A stretch of 64,000 nucleotides of DNA from the human T2T-CHM13v2.0 reference genome, Homo sapiens, in the NCBI RefSeq assembly GCF_009914755.1, contig NC_060937.1, one strand, 5' to 3'. A program made the translations under genes and the position numbers. The notes beneath the pieces are model-generated. The model did no database searches, was not told the origin of the DNA, and saw only the letters and a list, made by a program, of their open reading frames with translations. This document shows positions 51,682 to 64,000 of this stretch, piece by piece; the first letter of the stretch is position 1, and each line of letters begins with the position of its first letter.

Positions 51682-54600
51682 CATTCCTTTCCATTCCATT
51701 CCACTCAGGTTGTTTCCAATCCATTCCATTCCATTCTATTCTATTGCATTCGATTTCATTGCATTCCGTTCTGCTAGGGTTGAATCCTTTCCATTTCACT
51801 TCATTCCATTACTTTACTTTCCATTCCATTCCATTCCAATCCATTCCATTCCATTCCATTCCATTCCATTCCATTCCTTCACATTCCATTCCATTCCATC
51901 CCATTCCATTCCATTCCATTTCATTCCATTTTTCCCATTCCATTCCATTTCACTCATGTTGATTCCATTCAATTCCATTCCATTGCATTCCATTCCACTA
52001 TGGTTCATTCCATTCTATTACATTCCATTCCATTCCGTTCCACTCGGGTAGTTACCATTCCAGTCAATTCCCTTCCTTTCAGTTCCATTCCACTCGAATT
52101 GATTCCATATCGTTCCGTTCCATTATATTCCATTCCATTCCATTCCATTCCTTTCCATTCCATTGCATTCGACTCGGTTTGATTCCAATCCATTCCATTC
52201 CATTCCAGTTGATTTTATTCCATTCCTTTCCATTCCATTCCCTTCCATTCCATTAAATTGCATTCGAATCGGGTTGATTACAATCCATTCCATTTCATTC
52301 CAGTTCAATCCTTTACATTGCACTCCACTGGGGTCGTTTCCATTCCGTTGAATTCCATTCGATTCGATTCCATTCCATTCCATTGCATTCCATTCCCCTT
52401 GGGTTGTTTCCATTCCATTCGATTAATTTCCATTCCATTCCATTCCATCCCATTCCATTCCATTCCATTCCATTCCACTCAGGTTGATTCAGTTCCTTTC
52501 CATTCCATTCCATTGCATTCCATTCCAGTTGATTCCATTGCATTCCATTCCATTCAATTCCATTCCATGCCATTCCATTCCATTCCATTCCATTCCATTC
52601 CATTCCATTCCACTCGGGTTGATTCCATTCCATTCCACTCCATTCCATTCCATTCAATTCCATTCCATTCCATTCCTCTCGGATTGATTCCATTCCATTC
52701 CATTCCATTCCATTTTATTCCATTCCATTCCATTCCATTCCATAAAATTCCATACCATTCCACTAAATTTGATTCCATACCATTCCATTCCATTCCATTC
52801 CATACCGGTACACTCGGTTTCATTCCATACCGTTCCATTCCATTCCATTCCATTCCATTTCATTCCATTCGGGTTGATTCCATTCCATTACATTCCATTC
52901 GATTCAATTCCATTCCATTCCACTCCAATCCATTACATTCCATTCCACTCAGATTGATTCCATTCCATTCCATTTAAATCCATTTCATTCCATTCCATTC
53001 CATTCAGGTTCATTCCATTCCATTCCATTCCAATCCATTCCGTTCCGTTCCCTTCCATTCCATTCCAATCCATTCCATTGCATTCCATTCCATTCCATTC
53101 CATTGCATTCCATTCCATTCCATTCCATTCCACTCGGGTTGATTCCATACCATTCCATTCCATTCATTCCATTCCATTCCATTCCTTTAGATTCCATTCC
53201 ACTCGGGTTGCTTCCGCTTCATTTCACTCCATTCCATTCCACGTAGTTTGAATCCATTCCATTCCATTCGTTCCATCCCGTCACTTTCGAGTTGATTCCA
53301 TTCCATTCCATTCCATTCCATTCCATTCCATTCCATTGCATTCCATTCCATTCCTTTCCATTCCATTCCGTTCTATTCCATTCGGGTATATTCCATTCCA
53401 TGCCATTCCATTCCATTCCATTCCATTCCACTCCATTCCATTCCTTTCCAATCCATTCCATTCCATTCCATTCCATTCCACCCGGATTGATTCCATTCCA
53501 TTCCATTCCATTCCATTCCATTCCATTCCAATTGATTACATTACCTTCCATTCCGTTCCATTCCATTCCATTCTATTCCATTCCACTAGTGTTGATTCCA
53601 TTCCATTCCATTCCATTGCATTATATTCCATTTCATTCCACTCAGGGTGATTCCGTTCCATTCCATTCCATTCCACTCTGGTTGATTCCATTACATTCCA
53701 TTCCCTTCCATTCCATTCCATTTCACTCGCGTTGATTCCATTCCATTCAATTCCATTTTATTCCATTCCATTCCTTTCCATTCCATTCCATTCCATACTA
53801 TTCCTCTCGGATTGCTTCCATACCATTCAATTCTGTTCCATTCCATTCCATTCCTTTCCATTCCATTCCATTCATTCCACTAGTGCTGATTCCATTCCAT
53901 TCCATTCCATTCCAGTCGGGTTGTTTCTATTCCATTCCAGTAGTTTCCATTCCTTTCCATTGCATTCCATTCCATTCCATTCCATTTGATTCATGTTGAT
54001 TCCGTTCCATTCCATTCCATTCTATTCCATTCCAGTTGATTACATTGCATTCCATTCCGTTCCATTCTATTCCATTCCATTCCATTCCATTCCATTCCAT
54101 TCCATTCCACTCGGGTTGATTCCATTCCATTCCATTCCATTCCATTCCATTCCATTCCATTCCATTCCATTCCTTTCCATTCCGTTCCACTCGGGTTGAT
54201 TCCATTCCATTCCATTCCATTCCATTCCATTTTATTACACTCCACTCGGGTTGATTCCTTTCCATTCCATTCCCGTTGATTCCATTGCATTCCATTCCTT
54301 TCAATTCCACTCCATTCCATTCCATTCCACTCGGGTTGATTCCATTCCATTCCATTCCATTCCATTCCGTTCTAATCGGGATGATTCCATTCCATTCCAT
54401 TCCATTCCATTTTATTCCACTCCATTCTGGTTGATTCCATTCCATTCCATTCCATTGCATTCCATTCCATTCCATTCCATTCCACTCGGGTTGATTCCAT
54501 ACCATTCCATTCCATTCATTCCATTCCATTCCATTCCTTTAGATTCCATTCCACTCGGGTTGCTTCCGCTTCATTTCACTCCATTCCATTCCAGGTAGTT

Positions 54601-57600
54601 TGAATCCATTCCATTCCATTCTTTCCATCCCGTCACTTTCGAGTTGATTCCATTCCATTCCATTCCATTCCATTCCATTCCATTGCATTCCATTCCATTC
54701 CTTTCCATTCCATTCCGTTCTATTCCATTCGGGTATATTCCATTCCATGCCATTCCATTCCATTCCATTCCATTCCATTCCACTCCATTCCATTCCTTTC
54801 CAATCCATTCCATTCCATTCCATTCCATTCAACCCGGATTGATTCCATTCCATTCCATTCCATTCCATTCCATTCCATTCCATTCCATTCCATTCCAATT
54901 GATTACATTGCCTTCCATTCCGTTCCATTCCATTCCATTCTATTCCATTCCACTAGTGTTGATTCCATTCCATTCCATTCCATTGCATTATATTCCATTT
55001 CATTCCACTCAGGGTGATTCCGTTCCATTCCATTCCATTCCACTCTGGTTGATTCCATTACATTCCATTCCCTTCCATTCCATTCCATTTCACTCGTGTT
55101 GATTCCATTCCATTCAATTCCATTTTATTCCATTCCATTCCGTTCCATTCCATTCCATTCCATACTATTCCTCTCGGATTGCTTCCATACCATTCAATTC
55201 TGTTCCATTCCATTCCATTCCTTTCCATTCCATTCCATTCATTCCACTAGTGCTGATTCCATTCCATTCCATTCCATTCCAGTCGGGTTGTTTCTATTCC
55301 ATTCCAGTAGTTTCCATTCCTTTCCATTGCATTCCATTCCATTCCATTCCATTTGATTCATGTTGATTCCGTTCCATTCCATTCCATTCTATTCCATTCC
55401 AGTTGATTACATTGCATTCCATTCCGTTCCATTCCATTCCATTCCATTCCATTCCACTCGGGTTGATTCCATTCCATTCCATTCCATTCCATTCCATTCC
55501 ATTCCATTCCGTTCCACTCGGCTTGATTCCATTCCATTCCATTCCATTCCATTTTATTACACTCCACTCGGGTTGATTCCTTTCCATTCCATTCCCGTTG
55601 ATTCCATTGCATTCCATTCCTTTCAATTCCACTCCATTCCATTCCATTCCACTCGGGTTGATTCCATTCCATTCCATTCCATTCCATTCCGTTCTAATCG
55701 GGATGATTCCATTCCATTCCATTCCATTCCATTTTATTCCACTCCATTCTGGTTGATTCCATTCCATTCCATTCCATTGCATTCCATTCCATTCCATTCC
55801 ATTCCATTGCATTCCATTCCATTCCATTCCATTCCATTCCATTGCATTCCATTCCATTCCATTCCATTCCACTCAGGTTGATTCATTTCCTTTTAATTCA
55901 ATTCCATTCCATTTCACTCGGGTGGATTCCATTCCATTCCTTTCCATTTTATTCCATTCCATTCCGTTCCATTCCATTCCATTCAATACCATTTAACTCG
56001 GGATGATTCCATACCAGTCCATTACATTCCATTCCATTCGGGTTGATTCCATTCCATTCCATTACATTACATTCCATTCCACTCGAGTTGATTCCATTCC
56101 AACCCAATCCATTCCATTCCACTCGAGTTGATTCCATTCCATTCCAATCCATTCCATTCCATTCCATTACATTCGGGTTCATTCCATTCGATTCCATTCC
56201 ATTCCATTTCGTTCCATTCCATTCCATTAAATTCCTTTGCATTCCATTCCATTCCATTCCATTCCATTCCATTCCATTCCATTCCATTCTGTTTCGTTAG
56301 ATTCCATTCCATTCCATTCCATTCCATTCCACTCGGGTTGATTCCACACCATTCCATTCCATTCTTTCTTTCCATTCCATTCCATTCCATTCCAGTTGGG
56401 TTGATTCCATTCCATTCCATTCCATTCCATTCCTTTCCATTGCATGCCGTTTCATTCCTTTCTGGTATATTCCATTCCATGCCATACCATTCCATTCCTT
56501 TCCACTCCATTCCATTCCATTCCAATCCATTCCATTCCATTCCATTCCATTCCATTCCATTCCATTCCAGTTGATTCCATTCCCTTCCATTCCGTTCCAT
56601 TCCATTCCATTCCATTCGATATTATTCCTCTCGGGTTGATCCCATACCATCCCATTCTGCTCCATTCCATTCCATTCTTTTCCATTCCATCCCATTCATT
56701 CCACTAGGGTTGATTCCATTCCATTTCATTCCATTCCATTCCAATGTATTCCATTCCACTTGGGTTGTTTCCATTCCATTCCAGTATTTTCCATTCCATT
56801 CTATTCCATTCCATTCCATTCCATTCCATTTGACTCAGGTTGATTCCTTTCCATTCCATTCAAATCCATTCCATTCCATTCCGTTCCAGTTGATTCCATT
56901 GCATTCCATTCCGTTCCATTCCATTCCGTTCCAGTTGATTCCATTGCATTCCATTCCGTTCCATTCCATTCCATTCCATTCCATTCCAATCCATTCCATT
57001 CCACTCGGGTTGATTCCATTCCATTCCACTCCATTCCATTCCATTCCATTCCACTCGGCTTGATTCCATTCCATTCCATTTTATTCAACTCCATTCGGGT
57101 TGATTCCATTCCATTCCATTCCATTAAATTCCAGTTGATTGATTTCCATTCCATTCCATTTCATTCCATTCCATTCCATTCCATTCCATTCCATTCCACT
57201 CGGGTTGATTCCATTCCATTCCATTCCATTCCATTTTAATCCACTCCACTCGGGTTGATTCCATTCCATTCCATTCAATTGCATTCCATTCCATTCCATT
57301 CCATTCCATTCCATTCCATTCCATTCCACTCAGGTTGATTCAGTTCCTTTCCATTCCATTCCATTGCATTCCATTCCAGTTGATTCCATTGCATTCCATT
57401 CCATTCAAATGCATTCCATTCCATTCGGGTCGATTCCATTCCATTCCATTCCATTCCATTCCATTCCATTTCATTCCATTCCATTCCATTCCATTCCTTT
57501 CATTTACATTACACCCCGGTTGATTCCATAGCATTCCATTCCATTCCATTCCATTCCATTCCATTCCATTCCTTTCCATTCCATTCCGTTCCATTCCATT

Positions 57601-60600
57601 CGGGTTGATGCCATTCCATTCCATTCCATTCCATTCCATTCCATTCCTTTCCATTCCATTCCACTCCATTACATTCCATTCCACTCCATTACATTCCATT
57701 CCATTCCACCCGGATTGATTCCATTCCATTCCATTCCATTCCATTCCATTCCATTCCATTCCAGTTGATTCCATTGGATTTGATTCCGTTCCATTCCATT
57801 CCATTCCGTTCCATTCCATTCCACTCCACTCGAGTTGATTCCAATCCATTCCATTGCATTACATTCCATTTCATTCCAATTGGGTGGATTCCATTCCTTT
57901 CCATTATATTCCACTCCACTCTGTTTAATTCCATTCCATTCCATTCCATTCCATTCCATTCCATTCCATTCCATTCCATTCCATTGTATTCCACTGTTGT
58001 TGATTCCATTGCATTCCATTCCATTCCACTCCATTCCACTCCATTTCATTCCATTCCAGTTGATTCCATTCCTTTCCATTCCATTCCATTCCATTCCACT
58101 CCATTTCATTCCATTCTACTCGGTTTGATTTCATTCCATTCCATTCCATTCCATTCCATTCCATTTCATTTCACTGGTGTTTATTCCATTCAACTCCACT
58201 CCATTCCATTCCATTCCATTCCATTCCATTCGGGTTTATTCCATTTCATTCTATTCCATTCCATTCCATTCCATTCCATTCCATTCCATTCCATTCCATT
58301 CCATTCGGGTTTATTCCATTTCATTCTATTCCATTCCATTCCATTCCATTCCATTCCATTCCATTCCATTCCATTCCATTGCATTCCATTCCATTCCATT
58401 CCATTCCATTCCATTCCATTCCATTGGTGTTGATTCCATTCCATTCCATTCCACTCCTCTCCATTGCAATCCATTACATTCCACTCGGGTTGAATCCTTT
58501 CCATTCCATTCCAATGAATTCCCTTCCATTCAATTCCACTCGGATTCAATCAATTCCATTCCATTCCATTCTGTTCTGTTCCACTGCATTCCATTGCATT
58601 TCATACCATTCCATTCCACTCGGTTTGATTCCATTGAATTCCATTGAATTCCATTCCATTCCATTCCATTCCATTCCATTCCATTCTATTGCATTCCATT
58701 CCATTCCATTCCATTCCATTCCACTCGGGTTGATCCAATTCCATTCCATTCCACTCCACTCGTGTTGATTCCATTCCATTCCATTCCATTCCATTGCATT
58801 CCATTCCATTCCATTACACTTGTGATGATTCCCTTACATTCCATTCCATTCCATTCCACTTTGGTTGACTCTATTCCGTTCCTTTCCATTTCATTCCATA
58901 CCGTTCAATTCCATTCCATTCCATTCCTTTCCATTCCATTCGTGTTGATTCCATTCCATTCCATTCCACTCCATTCCTATCCATTATATTCCACTCGGGT
59001 TGAATCCATTCCTTTCCATTCCAATCCATTCCATTCCTTTCCAATCCATTCCATTCTATTCAATTCCATTTGGATTCAATCTATTCTTTCCATGCCATTC
59101 CGTTCTGTTCCATTCCATTCCATTGCATTAGATACCATTCCACTCCACTCGGGATGATTCCATTCAATTCCATTACATTCCGTTCAATTCCATTGCATTC
59201 CATTCCATTCCATTCCACTCGGGTTGATTCCATTCCGTTCCTTTCCATTTCATTCCATTCCATTGCATTCCATTCCATTCCATTCCATTCCATTCCATTC
59301 CATTCCACTCCATTCCATTCCACTCCACTCCGGTTGATTCCATACCATTCCACTCCATTCCATTTCATTCCATTACGTTTCACTCGGGTTGATTCCATTC
59401 CATTCCATTCCATTTTGTTCAATTCCAGTCCGTTCCATTCCATTCTATTCCATACCATTCCACTCAGGTTGATTCCATACCATTCCATTCCATTCCATTC
59501 CAGGAAATTCCATTCCATTCCATTCCATTCCATTCGGGTTTATTCGATTCCATTCCATTCCATTCCATTCCATTCCACTCCATTCCATTCCATTCCATTC
59601 CACTCGGGTTGATTCCATTCCATTCCATTCCAATCCATTCCATTCCAATCCATTCCAATCCATTCCATTCCATTCCATTCCATTCCATTCGTGTTCATTC
59701 CATCCCATTCCATTCCATTCCATTCCATTCCATTCCATTCCATTCCATTCCTTTCCGTTCCATTACATTCGATTCCATTCCATTGCATTCCCTTCCATTC
59801 CATTCCAATCCTTTCCATTCCATTCCATTCCACTCGGGTTGATTCCATACCATTCCATTCCATTCATTCCTTTCCATTCCATTCCATTCCAGTCGAGTTG
59901 ATTCCATTCCATTCCTTTCCATTCCATTCCATTCTATTCCATTCCATTCAATTCCATACCCTTCGGGTTGATTCCTTTCCATTCCATTCTATATCATTCC
60001 ACTCCATTCCGCTCCATTCCATTCCGGTTTATTCCGTTCCATTCCATGCCCTTTTATTCCATTCCATTCCATTCCATTCCATTCCATTCCATTCCATTCC
60101 ATACCCTTTGGGTTGATTCCTTTCCATTCCATTCCATTCCATACCATTCCACTCCATTCCATTCCATTCTATTCGGGTTTGATTGCATTCCATTCCATTC
60201 CGTTCCGTTCCATTCCATACCATTCCACTAGGGTTGATTCCATACCATTCCATTCCGTTGCGTTCCATTCCATTCTATACCATTCCACTAGGGTTGATTC
60301 CATACCATTCCATTCCATTGCATTCCATTCCATTCCATTCCACTCGGGTTGATTCCATTCCATTCCATTCCAATGCATTCCATTCCACTGCATTCCATTC
60401 CAGTTGATACCATTGAATTGCATTGTTTCCATTCCATTCCATTCCATTCCATTCCATTCCATTCCACTCGGTTTGATTCATTTCCATTCCATTCCATTCC
60501 ATTCCATTCCATTCCATTCCATTCCCTTCTGGTTGATTCCTTTCCATTCCATTCCATTCCATACCATTCCACTCCATTCCGTTCCAGTCCATTCAGGTTG

Positions 60601-63600
60601 ATTTGGTTCCATTCCATGCCCTTTTATTCCATTCCATTCCATTCCATTCCATTCCATTAAATTCCATTCCATTCCATTCCATACCATTCCACCAAAGTTG
60701 ATTGCATGTTATTCCATTCCATTCAATTCCATTCCATTCCATTCCTTTCCATTCCATTCCATTCCATTCCATTCCATTCCATTCCATTCCATTCCTTTCC
60801 ACTCGGGTTGATTCCATTCCTTTCCATTCCATTCCATTCCATACCATTCCACCAAAGTTGATTGCATGTTATTCCATTACATTCAATTCCATTCCATTCC
60901 ATTCCTTTCCATTCCATTCCATTCTATTCCTTTCCACTCAGGGTGATTCCTTTCCATTCCATTCCATTGCATTCCATTCCATTGCGTTCCATTCCACTGT
61001 GGTTGTTTCCATTCCTTTCCATTAGTTTCCATTCCATTCCATTCCTTTCCATTCCATTCCATTCTATTCCTTTCCACTCAGGGTGATTCCATTGCATTCC
61101 ATTCCAATGCATTCCATTCCAGTTGATACCATTGCATTGCGTTGTTTCCATTCCATTCCATTCCATTACATTACATTACATTCGGTTTTATTCGTTGACA
61201 TTCCACTGCATTCCATTCCATTCCATTCCATTTCATTCCTCTTGGGTTGATTCCATTCCATTCCATGCCCCTTTATTCCATTCCATTCCATTCCATTCCT
61301 TTCCATTCCATTCCATTCCATTCCTTTCCACTTGGGTTGGTTCCATTCCATTCAATTCCGTTCCGTTCCGTTCTGTTCCATTCCATTCCATTCCATTCCA
61401 TTCCATTCCACTCCATTCCATTCCACTCCACTCCGGTTGATTTCATACCATTCCATTCCATTCCATTTCATTCCATTACATTTCACTCGGGTTGATTCCA
61501 TTCCATTCCATTCCATTTTATTCAATTCCATTCCGTTCCATTCCATTCCATTTCATACCATTCCACTCAGGTTGATTCCATACCATTCCATTCCATTCCA
61601 TTCCATGAAATTCCATTCCATTCCCTTCCACTCGGGTTGATTATTTTCCATTCAATTCCATTCCATTCCATTCCATTCCATTCCATTCCAATCCATTCCA
61701 TTCGGGTTTATTCCATTCCATTCCATTCCATTCCATTCCATTCCATTCCACTCCATTCCATTCCATTCCACTCCATTCCATTGCATTCCATTCCATTCCA
61801 CTCCATTCCATTCCATTCCATTCCACTCGGGTTGATTCCATTCCATTGCATTCTAATCCATTCCATTCCAATCCATTCCATTCCATTCCATTCCATTCCA
61901 TTCCATTCCATTCCATTCCATTCTATTCCATTCCACTCCATTCCATTCCATTCCATTCCTTTCCGTTCCATTCCATTCGATTCCTTTCCATTGCATTCCG
62001 TTCCATTCCATTCCAATCCATTCCATTCCATTCCATTCCACTCGGGTTGATTCCATACCATTCCATTCCATTCATTCCTTTCCATTCCATTCCATTCCAG
62101 TCGGGTTGGTTCCATTCCATTCCTTTCCATTCCATTCCATTCCTTTCCATTCCATTCCTCTCGGGTTGATTCCGTTGCATTCCATTCCATTCCAATGCGC
62201 TTGGGTTGATTCCAGTCCCTACCATTCCATTCCATTCATTTACATTACACTCCGGTTGATTCCATAGCATTCCATTCCATTCCATTCCATTCCTTTCCAT
62301 TCCATCCCATTCGGGTTGATTCCATTCCATTCCGTTCCACTCCATTCCATTCCATTCTACTCCATTCCATTCCATTCCATTCCACCCGGATTGATTCCAT
62401 TCCATTCCATTCCATTCCATTCCATTCCATTCCATTCCATTCCACTCTATTCCATTCCATTCCATTCCAGCTGGACTGACTCCATTCCATTCCATTCCAT
62501 TCCAGTTGATTCCTTTGGATTGGATTCCGTTCCATTCCATTCCATTCCGTTCCATTCCATTCCACTCGAGTTGATTCCAATCCATTCCATTGCATTACAT
62601 TCCATTTCATTCCAATCGTGTGGATTCCATTCCATTCCATTCCATTCCACTCGGGTTGATTCCATTCCGTTCCTTTCCATTCCATTCCATTCCATTCCAT
62701 TCCATTCCATTCCATTCCATTCTGTTCCATTCCATTCGTGTTGATTCCATTCCATTCCACACCAATCCATTCCTTTCCATTCCAATCCATTTCATTCCAT
62801 TCAATTCCACTCACATTCAATCTATTCCATTCCTTTTGATTCCATTCTGTTCCATTCCATTCTATTGGATTCTATACCATTCCATTCCACTCGGGATGAT
62901 TCCATTCCTTTCCATTATATTCCGTTCCATTCCATTCCATTCCATTCCACTCGGGTTGATTCCATTCCTTTCCATTCCATTCCATTCCATTCCACTCAGG
63001 TTGTTTCCATTCCATTCCTTTCCATTTCATTCTATTCCATTCCATTCTATTCCATTCGATTCCACTCCATTCCATTCCATTCCTCTCCGGTTATTCCATT
63101 CCATTGCATTCCATTCCACTCGGGTTTTTTCCATTCCTTTCGATTCCATTTTTTTCCATTACATTCCGTTCCATTACATTCCATTCTATACCATTCCACT
63201 CAGGTTGATTCCATACCATTCTATTCCATTCCACTCTTTTAAATTCCATTCCATTCCATTCCACTCGGGTAGATTCCATTCCATTCCATTCCATTCCATT
63301 CCATTCCATTCCATTCCTTTCCACTCGGGTTGATTCCATTCCTTTCCATTCCATTCCATTCCATACCATTCCACCAAAGTTGATTGCATGTTATTCCATT
63401 ACATTCAATTCCATTCCATTCCATTCCTTTCCATTCCATTCCATTCTATTCCTTTCCACTCAGGGTGATTCCTTTCCATTCCATTCCATTGCATTCCATT
63501 CCATTGCGTTCCATTCCACTGTGGTTGTTTCCATTCCTTTCCATTAGTTTCCATTCCATTCCATTCCTTTCCATTCCATTCCATTCTATTCCTTTCCACT

Positions 63601-64000
63601 CAGGGTGATTCCATTGCATTCCATTCCAATGCATTCCATTCCAGTTGATACCATTGCATTGCGTTGTTTCCATTCCATTCCATTCCATTCCATTACATTA
63701 CATTCGGTTTTATTCGTTGACATTCCACTGCATTCCATTCCATTCCATTCCATTTCATTCCTCTTGGGTTGATTCCATTCCATTCCATGCCCCTTTATTC
63801 CATTCCATTCCATTCCATTCCTTTCCATTCCATTCCATTCCATTCCTTTCCACTTGGGTTGGTTCCATTCCATTCAATTCCGTTCCGTTCCGTTCTGTTC
63901 CATTCCATTCCATTCCATTCCATTCCACTCCATTCCATTCCACTCCACTCCGGTTGATTTCATACCATTCCATTCCATTCCATTTCATTCCATTACATTT
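51682..64000 (+). repeat. HSat3 (satellite III) (CATTC)n array with interspersed ACTCGGGTTG decamer
   Basis: Pentamer CATTC runs are broken every few tens to ~150 bp by CCACTCGGGTTGATT or variants, the classical satellite 3 signature. It lacks the regular CATTCGATTC/GATGAT pattern of HSat2. The C-rich strand is on + throughout, and the array is open at the right edge. Confidence 0.96.

Noticed and set aside
58620-58660. Heat-shock-element-like or other regulatory site at ATTGAATTCCATTGAATTCC
   Set aside because: This is a 10-bp local duplication of a variant pentamer pair. HSF1 association is known for some HSat3 arrays but cannot be assigned to this locus from sequence alone.
51660-63988. 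MEWNG / IPFHS repeat ORFs
   Set aside because: (CATTC)n and (GAATG)n contain no stop codon in any frame, so these are well-known spurious satellite translations.
51682-64000. CRISPR-like pattern of a constant CCACTCGGGTTGATT motif with variable spacers
   Set aside because: The spacers are CATTC runs of irregular length, there are no cas genes, and the motif is the classical satellite 3 decamer.
51682-64000. DYZ1 3.56-kb unit or HSat2 assignment
   Set aside because: Observed offsets are ~1.35, 2.1, 2.5 and 4.7-4.85 kb, not 3.56 kb. The HSat2-type CATTCGATTC/GATGAT pattern is only sporadic.

Overview
This window is primate, very likely human, satellite heterochromatin. It holds no credible protein-coding gene, RNA gene or CRISPR array. 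It has three abutting blocks. (1) 1-47033 is a head-to-tail array of about 20 copies of the ~2.4-kb HSat1B (DYZ2-type) composite unit: ~1.55 kb of near-pure AT sequence, a ~565-bp HSATI core and a ~292-bp decayed Alu on the + strand. (2) 47034-51681 is a short island of about 110 degenerate 42-bp HSat1A (SAR/satellite I) monomers. (3) 51682-64000 is HSat3 (CATTC)n punctuated by the ACTCGGGTTG decamer. All ORFs in the track are by-products of these repeats. The notable signal is structural: a homogenised central HSat1B subtype flanked by older variants, a recent 4805-bp two-unit duplication, recombinant units, a fixed 16-bp duplication in every Alu, sharp inter-satellite junctions, and nested duplications in HSat1A and HSat3. 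The combination suggests an acrocentric short arm rather than Yq12 (inference). I found no evidence of a new coding system. All comparisons were made by eye, without alignment tools.
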